From: Thermodesulfobacteriota bacterium
GTDB taxonomy: Bacteria > Desulfobacterota > Binatia > Bin18
Length of the DNA: 64,000 nt
Reading direction: 5' to 3'
NCBI GenBank assembly: GCA_964291405.2
Contig: OZ219926.1
Span: 960,001-1,024,000, forward strand
Shown in pieces: positions 28,677 to 38,100 of this stretch (positions are counted from its first letter, which is position 1; every line of letters starts with the position of its first letter). The notes under the pieces are model-generated. The model was not told where the DNA came from. It did not search any database and worked only from the letters and a program-made list of their open reading frames with translations. The translations under genes were made by a program, and so were the position numbers.

Positions 28677-29912
28677 TCAGAGGGGCATGTCGTTGATGCT
28701 GAAGATCCCGACCAGCATGGAAATGACCACAAAGCCGATGATCAGTCCCATCGTCAGCAACAGGATGGGTTCGACCAGCGAGGTCATCCGCTTGATCTGC
28801 CGCTGCGTCTCGCGTTCAAAGTAATCGGCCACCTGCTTCAGCATATCGTCCAGCCGGCCGGTTTCCTCGCCCACCCCGATCATTTGGAGTGCCAGCGACG
28901 GAAAGGCGCCGGTGCGGCCGAGCGGGGCGGCCAGCCCCTGCCCTTCCCGGACACCGGCGCGGACTTCCTTGACGGCCTGACGGATAACGCTGTTCTCGAC
29001 AACGGCCTCCACCACCTCCAGCCCCTGGAGCAACGGCACCCCGCTGCTCAGCAAGGTGCTTAAGGTCCGGGAAAAACGGCCCACCTCGCGTTTTTGGAGC
29101 AAGGAGCCGAGCAGGGGGAGGCGGAGGCGGAAGCCGTCCCAGGCCAGGCGACCCTGGGGAGTAGCCACATAGCGCTGCCCGCCGAATACGCCGCCGGCCC
29201 CGGCCAAGAGGAAGCCCCACCAATAGGACCGCAACACCTCACTGGTCGCCAGCATGAACCGGGTCGACGCCGGGAGGCCCTGGCCGCTGTCGGCAAACAA
29301 ACCGGCAAAGCGCGGCAGGATGAAGATGAACATGAAGATAATCGCCCCGGCGCCAAACAGGACGAGCAGGACCGGATAGGTCAGCGCCGACTTCACCTCC
29401 TCCTGAACCTCCTGGGCGCGCTCGAGATATTCCGCCAGGCGTTGCAGCGCCGTCTCCAGAAAGCCGCCGACTTCTCCGGCCCGAACCATGTTCAGATAGA
29501 GGGGAGGGAAGATGGTGGGGTACTGGGCCAGGGCATCGGCCAGCGATTGACCCTGCTGCACGGTCTTCAGCACGTCGTCCGCCACACGGCTCAGGGCCGG
29601 TTTTGACGCCAGCCCGACCAGGGCGGACAGCGCCCGGTCCAGGGGCAGTCCGGCCGACAGCATGGTGGCCAGCTCACGGGTCAGGAGCAGCACGTCGCGC
29701 TGCGTGACGCGGCCACGCCAGGGTATATCCGGCAGGGAGAGCTGCCAGTTGCGCGCGGTCTTTGCTTCCCGGCCGTGCGGGAGCGCGACGTTGAGGGGAA
29801 TATAACCCTGGGTGTGGAGCCAGGCCACGACCGCACGCTCCTCTTCGGCTTCTCTGACGCCTTCAATCAGCTGTCCTTGGGGTGTGGTTGCCTGGTATTG
29901 GAACTGCGGCAT
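28677..29912 (-). CDS. gspF: T2SS inner membrane platform GspF
   Basis: MVRAGEVGG.L, ALTYP, GEETGRLD..L, LVEP. Confidence 0.94.
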   Translation of the reverse strand: MPQFQYQATTPQGQLIEGVREAEEERAVVAWLHTQGYIPLNVALPHGREAKTARNWQLSLPDIPWRGRVTQRDVLLLTRELATMLSAGLPLDRALSALVGLASKPALSRVADDVLKTVQQGQSLADALAQYPTIFPPLYLNMVRAGEVGGFLETALQRLAEYLERAQEVQEEVKSALTYPVLLVLFGAGAIIFMFIFILPRFAGLFADSGQGLPASTRFMLATSEVLRSYWWGFLLAGAGGVFGGQRYVATPQGRLAWDGFRLRLPLLGSLLQKREVGRFSRTLSTLLSSGVPLLQGLEVVEAVVENSVIRQAVKEVRAGVREGQGLAAPLGRTGAFPSLALQMIGVGEETGRLDDMLKQVADYFERETQRQIKRMTSLVEPILLLTMGLIIGFVVISMLVGIFSINDMPL

Positions 29913-29957
29913 TTTTTTGAGTCCGTTGAGTCGATTGAGTCTATGGAGTCTGTTGGG

Positions 29958-31196
29958 TCATGAACGATAGCGGGGCAGGATATGCGTGCCGAAGAGTTCG
30001 AGTTGTTTTCTCAACTCGGCCCGGGGCAGGAGCCCCTGGTCAAACAGCCAGGCAAACCATTCCGGGTTGGCCGCGTCGGCCAGGGCGTCTATGCCGCGGA
30101 CTACGTTGTCCACCGGCCCGGCATACAGATAATTCGCCCGTATCATACGCTCAACCGTCCATTCCTCTAGGGGCAGACGTTGCTCCCCGCTCGGATATTC
30201 GAGTTCATCCTCGGGAAAACGAAACGCCTCCCAAAAACCGAAATGCCCCCAGAAGCGTTTATATCCTACCCCGACCAGGCCCTCTTCCGCCAGACGGACG
30301 GCCTGCGGAACGGTGTCGGCAAAATATATCTGGCGCAGGACGCCGATGTTCGACCCCAACGGCAGCCAGCGTCCGGCCCGGCCGGCCTCTTCGGCATAGA
30401 TCTGGGCGAGCTGGCGGACCTGTTCGTGGCGCGACAGGAGAATCATGGGAATGACCCCCTCTCGGGCACACCAGCGGATGGTGGACTCGCTGATCGAAAA
30501 CGCCTGAAACAGCGGGGGATGGGGTTTCTGGTAGGACTTGGGTACGACGGAGATACGGTGGACGTTGCCCTGGCTGTCCAGCTCTCCCGGCGTGCCGTAT
30601 TCCCTGGTCCACGGCGCGGGCGGCCAGGGCGTGCCGCTCTCATACGGGTAGGGGTATTCGTAAAATTCGCCCTGAAAGCGGAACGGCTCATCCGACCAGG
30701 CCAGCTTGAGAATATGGTAGACCTCTTCAAAGGCGCGCCGATTGGTCTCGTCCAGGCTGGACTGGTCGCTGGTTGTGGCGGAAATATGCACCTTCTGCGC
30801 CATCTGGTTCAGCCAGCGCTGCTGGTAGCCGCGGGCAAAGCCGACAAAAGAGCGGCCCTGGGTGAGTTGGTCCAGCCAGGCCGTTGTGACCGCCAGACGC
30901 AGCGGGTCCCAACCGGGCAGCACATAGCCGATGGGGCCGACCTGTATCCGTTTGGTCTGCATGGCCACGTACAGCAGAAACTCGGGCGGAGCGCCCATCT
31001 CGAAGCCTTCGCTGTGCAGGTGGTGTTCCGGGAAGGCGACCGCGTCAAAGCCCAGCTCTTCGGCAAACCGGGCGAGTTCGACGACCTCCTGAAACATGGC
31101 CTGCCAGCGGTCCGAATGCGCGGCAATCGGCCGCAGGGCCTTGCGCTCTTCCAGCGTGGCCGGGATTGAGGGCAGTAAAAACAGCATGAACTTCAT
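29958..31196 (-). CDS. LLM-class flavin-dependent oxidoreductase
   Basis: AEELGFD...EHH, PLRLA...LDQLTQGR...GFARGYQ, PKSYQKPHPP. Confidence 0.92.
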   Translation of the reverse strand: MKFMLFLLPSIPATLEERKALRPIAAHSDRWQAMFQEVVELARFAEELGFDAVAFPEHHLHSEGFEMGAPPEFLLYVAMQTKRIQVGPIGYVLPGWDPLRLAVTTAWLDQLTQGRSFVGFARGYQQRWLNQMAQKVHISATTSDQSSLDETNRRAFEEVYHILKLAWSDEPFRFQGEFYEYPYPYESGTPWPPAPWTREYGTPGELDSQGNVHRISVVPKSYQKPHPPLFQAFSISESTIRWCAREGVIPMILLSRHEQVRQLAQIYAEEAGRAGRWLPLGSNIGVLRQIYFADTVPQAVRLAEEGLVGVGYKRFWGHFGFWEAFRFPEDELEYPSGEQRLPLEEWTVERMIRANYLYAGPVDNVVRGIDALADAANPEWFAWLFDQGLLPRAELRKQLELFGTHILPRYRS

Positions 31197-31496
31197 GGCG
31201 TATCCATTCGGACCGAAGACGCCATGATTATATACGACTTCCGCCGGACGCGCAGCAGCCGGGCGTTTTTGAGTCCCCGACGGGGGGACGGGGACCGCAG
31301 GCCGGGGGTCGTTCTTTGTAGGGGCAATTCATGAATTGCCCACGGGGGCGCGCCGGGAGTGCGGGCTTCCAGCCCGCTGGCGGCCAGGATGGCCGCCCTC
31401 CCAGGAGGAGGAGCGGGGTGGGTTCCTTTCTCAGAACCGGACGCAGAAAAGCCCGACACCGAGGTTGGGCTTCAGAGTGAAAACAGGAGGGAGGAA

Positions 31497-31964
31497 CTAC
31501 GTGGCGGCTTGATCCATCATCCAACTAGTCGGCGGTTGTGAGGCCGATTGTCTCAAGCGTTCGAGAAGAGTCTGAAATCCGGTACCATCATCAATATGAT
31601 CCAGATAGAGCAGCCGGATGAACATATCGTTCTTTTCAGATGGTGAACATTCTCCCTTTTCCCATTGTGTTACCGCCTCAGGCGTGCATGCCAAAATCTC
31701 TGCCAGTTTGTCTTGGGTCCAGTCCAGATGCAAACGGAACCAACGGAGTTCCTTGGGTTGGAGCGGCCCGTCTTGCTTTGCCAGACAGCGCCCAATAGCA
31801 CGATGTAAATCCTCCAAGTCTTGTACCGACACTCCTTCCCCGTCTTCCAACTGATACAACTCGTACCCATTCAGCAAGTAGACATTATCCAGGCCACACG
31901 CAGTATAGCGATACGGTCCCTTGATTTCGTCTTTGTTGTGTCGGAAAGCGAGTTTGGTCTTCAT
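31497..31964 (-). CDS. MqsA/HigA2-like XRE antitoxin-type regulator (orphan)
   Basis: YRYTACGLDNVYLLNG...ELRWFR..LDWTQDKLA...WEKG; GGAGG SD; no toxin ORF upstream. Confidence 0.8.
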   Translation of the reverse strand: MKTKLAFRHNKDEIKGPYRYTACGLDNVYLLNGYELYQLEDGEGVSVQDLEDLHRAIGRCLAKQDGPLQPKELRWFRLHLDWTQDKLAEILACTPEAVTQWEKGECSPSEKNDMFIRLLYLDHIDDGTGFQTLLERLRQSASQPPTSWMMDQAAT

Positions 31965-32245
31965 GGTAAGTCCTCCCATTCCACAGTTACTACACGTAAC
32001 TCTGGCCTATTGGAGTACACAAGGTACTGCTGTCAACACGGATTTATCCCCTCTTGGGACGTGTGATGCAAATGACATGACTCGGCGGCCCCCCGCTCCC
32101 CTGCGCCGTGCCTGTCTGCGCCAGGGGGCCAGGAGTGCGGGCTTCCAGCCCGCAAGCGGCCAGGATGGCCGCTCTCCCAGGAGGAGACGGGGCCGCAGGC
32201 CGGGGGGTCGTTCTTTGTAGGGGCAATTCATGAATTGCCCACGGG

Positions 32246-33211
32246 TCAGGCGCTGTCCGGCGCGTCTGTTCCCAGTTCTTCCAGAACCGCGGCGCACAGC
32301 AGCGGGAAGAGGATTTCGTGGTGGCCGGTGAGCTGAAAGCCGCGCCCGCCCTGTTGGGTAGGACGGTGGACCACGTTGACGGTCGGTCGATAGTGCCGGA
32401 TGAAATCGAGATCAACCGTGGTCAGGGTGCGGACCGGATGGCCGAGATTCCGCGCCAGAGAGAGCGCTTTCAGGAACACCTCGGGAATGATCACGGCGGA
32501 ACCCAGGTTGAGAAACACCCCGCCCTCCAACTGGGCGACCACCGAGGTCAGCTGGTGAAAGTCGCGCAGGCTGCCCTCCCCGATGGCCCGACCGTCCACG
32601 CTGGGGTGCATATGGATGATATCGGTCCCGATCGCGACATGCACGCAGGCGGGCACCTCCAGCCGGGCACACGCGGCCAGTACGCTCAGCGCGGCGTGGG
32701 GCAACTGTTCCGCGAGGATACGGTCTCCCACGGCCCGGCCAATCCCGACCCCCTGCTGCATCACCCCGGTTTGCATGGCGGCGTTCAGAAATTCTCCGGT
32801 TTCCTGCGCCATGCCGAACCGGCCCGTATCCAGACTGGCGGCGACGTCTTCGGAGGTTGCCCCCTGATAGGCCAGTTCAAAGTCGTGGATAATACCGGCC
32901 CCGTTGAGCGCAATCGCGGCAATAATGCCGCGCTCCAGGAGGTCGATAATCAACGGGGACAGGCCGACTTTGAGCGGGTGGGCGCCCATGCCCAGGACAA
33001 CCGGCCGCCCGGACCGGACCGCGCTCGCGATACGGCTGGCGACCTCCGCCAGGTCGGGAGCGGCCAGAATACGGGGCAGAGAGTGCAGAAACTCTCTCAG
33101 GCTGCCACCCACCCGCCACGGTGTGCCCAGGCCCTGCGCGGCAACTTTGCTGCTGCGCTGACTGAGCGGATAGGTGGCGGCCTGCCTCGGGTCGATGGGG
33201 GGGAATTTCAT
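32246..33211 (-). CDS. Conserved protein, GSU2086-like (deoxyhypusine-synthase-like fold)
   Basis: GMGAHPLKVGL, NGAGIIHDFE, HVAIGTDIIH, GSAVIIPEVFLKA, GHHEI; family name recalled, not searched. Confidence 0.7.
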   Translation of the reverse strand: MKFPPIDPRQAATYPLSQRSSKVAAQGLGTPWRVGGSLREFLHSLPRILAAPDLAEVASRIASAVRSGRPVVLGMGAHPLKVGLSPLIIDLLERGIIAAIALNGAGIIHDFELAYQGATSEDVAASLDTGRFGMAQETGEFLNAAMQTGVMQQGVGIGRAVGDRILAEQLPHAALSVLAACARLEVPACVHVAIGTDIIHMHPSVDGRAIGEGSLRDFHQLTSVVAQLEGGVFLNLGSAVIIPEVFLKALSLARNLGHPVRTLTTVDLDFIRHYRPTVNVVHRPTQQGGRGFQLTGHHEILFPLLCAAVLEELGTDAPDSA

Positions 33212-33282
33212 TGTGTTTCTCTTGCCGGCGGGCCGTCACCCGGCGTTCATCCGGGGCTGGTAGCCGGCGCTCCGTGTTTTTT

Positions 33283-33585
33283 CTATTGCCCCGCCGCTGG
33301 TCGTGGCTCGTAGCGCGCAACCTCGATTTCATCCTCACGCGCTTGCGCCCGTGCAACATCGTAGGCCGCCTGCAGGCGTATCCACGTCTCCGTTGTCGAG
33401 CCGAAAGCTTTCGCGAGCCGGACCGCCATGTCGGTAGACAGGCGGGCGCGGCAATTCACCAGGTTCGAGAGGGCTTGGCGGCTGACGCCGAGCACCTTCG
33501 CGCCTGCGGTGACATTCAATCCGAGCGGTTCCAGACAGGACACCCGGACAACCTTGCCGGGGTGTGGCGGATTCTTCATCGACAC
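33283..33585 (-). CDS. higA: HigA family antitoxin
   Basis: KNPPHPG...LSNLVN...MAVRLAKAFG...WIRLQAAYD. Confidence 0.93.
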   Translation of the reverse strand: MSMKNPPHPGKVVRVSCLEPLGLNVTAGAKVLGVSRQALSNLVNCRARLSTDMAVRLAKAFGSTTETWIRLQAAYDVARAQAREDEIEVARYEPRPAAGQ

Positions 33586-33602
33586 GGGGGTTCTCCTTTC
33601 CG

Positions 33603-33887
33603 TTAGTGGTAGTCTATCAGTTCCACGTCATAGACGTCTTCGCCTTCAAAGCGGAAGATGATTCGCCAGTTTGCCTTCACCGTCACCGACCAATACCCTT
33701 TCAATCTGCCTTTGAGGGCGTGCAGCCGATAGTGGGGAAGACGCATCGCTTCGGGGGAACTCGCAACATCAAGCTGGGCCAGCATGACTTCCACCCGGTC
33801 GTGCAGATCGGAGCGGATCAGACTCCGGTCACCACGCTCATAGAGTCGCTTGAGCCCACGGTGTTGGAAGCTCCGTATCACGGGCAA
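33603..33887 (-). CDS. higB: HigB-like RelE/ParE toxin
   Basis: IRSFQHRGLKRLYE...LHALKG...WSVTVKANWRIIFRF...DYH. Confidence 0.93.
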   Translation of the reverse strand: MPVIRSFQHRGLKRLYERGDRSLIRSDLHDRVEVMLAQLDVASSPEAMRLPHYRLHALKGRLKGYWSVTVKANWRIIFRFEGEDVYDVELIDYH

Positions 33888-33912
33888 GGTGTAATGTGTC
33901 TATCGACACTTG

Positions 33913-34218
33913 TCAACTAGCCGCCGGGGTGGCGCTGGCTTGCCGGGGTGCGGTCCGTTCGATCAGCGTCCGCAAGGCTTCCCCTTGCTGGTGCAAGGCC
34001 AGCATGCTTTCCTCATGCCGTTTCTCGGCAAGGTCCGTTTGGCCTTGCCGGTCGACATTGCTCCGCTGCATCATCTTCAAGCCGTAGGCAATCAAGCCGC
34101 ATTGTACCAAGCCTGCCAGGCCCGCGATCCCGGCCTGGACATAGGTTGCCCATAGAGAAGCATTCCGGAAAGCAAGCGTCGCTGTCTCAAACTCGCTCAC
34201 AGGGTCGTTCTCTCCCAT
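33913..34218 (-). CDS. Small single-TM protein, LIxRTAP family
   Basis: WATYVQAGIAGLAGLVQCGLIAYGL...LIERTAP. Confidence 0.72.
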   Translation of the reverse strand: MGENDPVSEFETATLAFRNASLWATYVQAGIAGLAGLVQCGLIAYGLKMMQRSNVDRQGQTDLAEKRHEESMLALHQQGEALRTLIERTAPRQASATPAAS

Positions 34219-34298
34219 GCCCGGTCCTGTGTCAAGCCGATTGGCAGCGCGGCTATCGTCCGGTCCTGGTCATGGGTGTGACATCTTCCCCTTGGTAT

Positions 34299-34724
34299 TC
34301 ATCCCATCCACGGATTGAAGACCGGGACGCCTGTTTGACGAAAGTCGTCCTCGTTGCGGGTGCATACAACGAGAGCGTGTACCTGCGCGGTGGCGGCAAT
34401 GAAGAGGTCAGGCTGGCTGAAAGTAATCGCATGTTCTCGACCCCGGGCCACCATCCGACGCCATTCCAGAATCACCTCCTCATCCACAGGCAGGATACGC
34501 CCGGCAAACCACGGCCGCAGCCGGTGGTCGAGCCAGACTGTCAGTTCATTACGGAATTTGAGGTCAGGTTGTCTTTCGATGCCATACCGGATTTCAGCCA
34601 GCGTGACGCTGCTGAGGAAGAGGCTGTCCGCGGCTTGCGCGTCCGACCATGCCTTGACATGACTGTCAGGTCGCTGCTTGCGGAGTTCGGAGACCACATT
34701 GGTATCGAGCAACCATCCCGTCAC
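34299..34724 (-). CDS. vapC: VapC PIN-domain toxin
   Basis: LLDTNVVSE...EI..G...DLFIAATA...TRN..DF. Confidence 0.95.
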   Translation of the reverse strand: MTGWLLDTNVVSELRKQRPDSHVKAWSDAQAADSLFLSSVTLAEIRYGIERQPDLKFRNELTVWLDHRLRPWFAGRILPVDEEVILEWRRMVARGREHAITFSQPDLFIAATAQVHALVVCTRNEDDFRQTGVPVFNPWMG

Positions 34725-35017
34725 AACTCAACCTCACGGACCGGGCTCCGCACTCCGTCTCCACCGAACGTGATACGGCTCAGCGGAGATTGGGACAGGA
34801 GTTCGTGTAAGCTGCCCGATTGCTCCCGTGCCCGGAGGGCTTCGAATGTGTCTGCCGCAACGATGACCACGGCATCTTTCCCGTGAACCGTGACCCGTTG
34901 CGGCTGCCCGGATGTGGCAAGGCGGACGAGTTCACTGAACTTTGCCTTGGCCTCTCCCAGCTTCCAGCCGGGAGCCGGAGCCGGGCCGGTCTGCCTGACT
35001 TGACGAGATGTATTCAA
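34721..35017 (-). CDS. Phd/YefM family antitoxin (VapB)
   Basis: WKLGEAKAKFSELVRLA...PQRVTVHGK; overlaps vapC. Confidence 0.9.
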   Translation of the reverse strand: MNTSRQVRQTGPAPAPGWKLGEAKAKFSELVRLATSGQPQRVTVHGKDAVVIVAADTFEALRAREQSGSLHELLSQSPLSRITFGGDGVRSPVREVEL

Positions 35018-35184
35018 GAGCGCTCCTCCTTATGACCAGATTAGTCAAATTTAGGGGAAGTCGCTGTATACGTCAAACTCATTCCGCAGATTGGATGAGT
35101 CGGAGGCGTTCCAATACGTCCGCAGCGGACGCACGGGCAGTGATCGACCAGGGCGGCCATGGCTCCTCCTCATCCTTGCCCCGG

Positions 35185-38100
35185 TCACTCGGGCTCGACC
35201 GTCTCATTACCGACCCGCTCGAAGAGCACGATCCCGGCATCGTCGGTTGTCAGGTAGGCGTGCGTGCCGTCGGGGCTTGCCGCCATGCCGCGCACGAAGC
35301 CGAAGTCGGGCAGGTGGTTGTTAAAACGATCCTGCTGCCAGTGCGCGACATAGTCGGTCGCTTCGAGCTCGCCGGTTTCCAACCGCCATCGCACGCTGAA
35401 GGCGGAACTGGTGCAAAAGGCATCCACCGCCGGCAACCCGTTTCGCGCGGCGGCGACTTGACACCCGGTCCACTCCGACTGCGGCGCGTTCTCAAATGGC
35501 GGCAGGATGTCGAGGAATTGCGGGTTCGAGGGGTCGTCCAGTTGGAAGAGGATAGTCCGGTTTCCAGCGGCGTCGAAGACGAACAGGTGGCGGTCATCGT
35601 CGCTGAGCGCGATGGCTCGGGCTTCTTGCAGACCTTCGACCGTCCCAACCTGCGCGAGTTCGCCGGTTCCCGGATGGCGCGTAAAGACGAGCAGCGCATT
35701 CCCCGTCAGCACATACAGGTGACTACCGCTATTGGAGATCAATGCGCTCATTATGTCAGCATCGATTTCCACGGTCTGCACCGGCCTGAGAATGCCCCCC
35801 GTGGCGCCGGAGAAAATGGGGAAATTGAAGGCGAGGACTTGTAATGCTCCCCCCCCGCGCCCAAATACATAGAGGAACGATCCCCCGGAGTCCATGAGCA
35901 CATCACCGCACGGAGCAGCGCGCTGGGCGGAACCGGTTATGATGAGTGTTCCCGCATCCCTGAGCGTCCGGTGGGTTCCATCCACGGGTACGAATCTGCG
36001 CCAGGTTCCACAGTCGTGGGCGTACAGCTCTTCTCTGTGTGGGTCCCAGATCAGCGCGCTATCCGACACATTCCCATCCAGGGACTGTACGAGCGCCAGA
36101 TCGCCGGTTTCGGGGTTCCGTTCGAAAACCCGCAGCCCGAGCGCCGTGCCCACATACAGCGCCGTGCCAGTACTGTTGAACGCCAGGTCTCCCGGATCGG
36201 AGAGTGCGACCGGGTTGCCGTTTGCGTCCGGGGCGCCGGCGTCCAGACGCCCGGCGTATCTGAGCCACACCGGGGGTTCGGCCTCGCCCCAGCGCAGGGT
36301 GAATGCGTCGCCCGTCGCGTCGCCCGTGAGCCCGAGCCGGACCGTGTAGCGCACCCCCGCCTCCGCCCGGAATACGACTGCGCCGGCGTCGGACGGGATG
36401 CCGGCGAACTGACTCGTCCCGATCAACTCCAGCGAGCCGAACCCGTCGCCGGCGTCTCGGTAGACGGCCAATGTCCAGGGCGCGTCGGGTTCGTCAATCC
36501 AGAAACGATACCACCCGGCAGCGGGCGCCGCAAAAGTCCACCACAGAGACGAGTGGCCCAGAACGCCGCCGCGCTCGCCGCGTTCCGCAGTCGCAAACAC
36601 GCTTGATCCCGTCACCGAGCCGCTGGCATCCGTGAGGGAGACGGCACCCGTCAGGGCGTCGTTCGACGGCGTCGGTCCCCACACCAGAGTTGCGGTCGCC
36701 GGCCCAAACCAGAATGCTCCGAGGTCGCCGTTCTGAAAGCCCACCGAAATCCAGTAGCGCCGGCCCCGGACGGCTGCAAAAGTGAACTCGGTCGCGGTGG
36801 TGTCCGGCCCGGTCGAGGCAACCAGCCGTAATGCTCCGAGGGTGTCGCCGGTAAACACCGACACCAGCAACTCGGTGAAATCCGTCTCCGTGAGCCGCCA
36901 CGTGTAGCGGCCGTCCTGCGGTGCCGTCCACACCCACCACCCCGTTCTGATACCGCTTTCGATGGGCTCGTTGGGTTCCACGGTCGCTTGAGCATCGGCT
37001 TGGACAAAATGCGACGACGATGGCGTACTCGCGATTGCTTCGGCACCCTGGAGATCGTCGTTGGTCGCTCCGCGCTCGGTCGTCTGCCACGTCAACTCAA
37101 AGGCTCCTCCGGCGGCATAGGCGTTGGAGGCGGCGACGGCGATGCGGTATTCCTGGCCGCTGCCCGCCGGAAACGTGGCCGAAGCGTGAGGCAGGCCCGA
37201 AACCAGCCGCAGTTCGGAGAGGCTGTCGCCGACGAACGCGAGCACGTGCAGGTTCTCGTTGCTCGACGCAAACGCCCAGGCGCCATCGCCGGGCGCCGTC
37301 CAGCGATACCAGACGGTGGACGCCAGCGCTCCGAACAACTCGCCCGGTTCCAGGGTGGCGCCCTTGTTGTTCCCTGCGACACCGCCCTCGGCGCCGGCAA
37401 GGGCAACGCCGGCAGCGAAGGCGTCGTTGGCGGGCCGCGGTCCCTGGGACCAGCGGAGGATCAGCGGAAGGCTTCTTCCGGTGTGACTCACCCGGACCCG
37501 ATAGGTTTGCCCGGCCTCAGCGAAGAACTCGACACCCCAGGGGCCTGATGCCACCCGCTTGAGGGCGGTGATCCGATCACCCTGGAAAACAGTGATATTG
37601 ACTTCGCCCGCGTCCCGGACATCCGCATCCCGGCTGGCACCAAACCGGGCTAAACGATCGGTCGGGGCCGTCCAGATATACCAGGCGGAACCACTCGGGC
37701 GTCCATGGAAGGGATCGAACACCGGTTCCCCCACCTCCGGCAGCGCGAGCAGCAGATCCAACACCCGGGAACCCTCTTCGCCTTCCAGCGTGGCAGCGGC
37801 CGCGAATGCGGCATTCGCGGGCGGTTCGGCTTCGGGAGCCTCGGACTGGTCCGTGCCGCGCGTTCGGACCACGACCGACATCGAAGCGGCCCGCGCGTTC
37901 CAGGCGCTCGCCGTGAAGTAGAGGCACGCCGCACCCTCGCCCCGGTTTGCAACCCTGAGCGTGACTTCCTGGGACTCGCCGGCGGCGATTTCGCCCAGCG
38001 CGATGGCCGCACCGAGATCGCTCCACTCCTCACCGTACACCAGGCCGTCCTCGCGAGTCGCCCCCACGTCCCGGATCGCCAGGTGACAGTTGGGAGAGCC

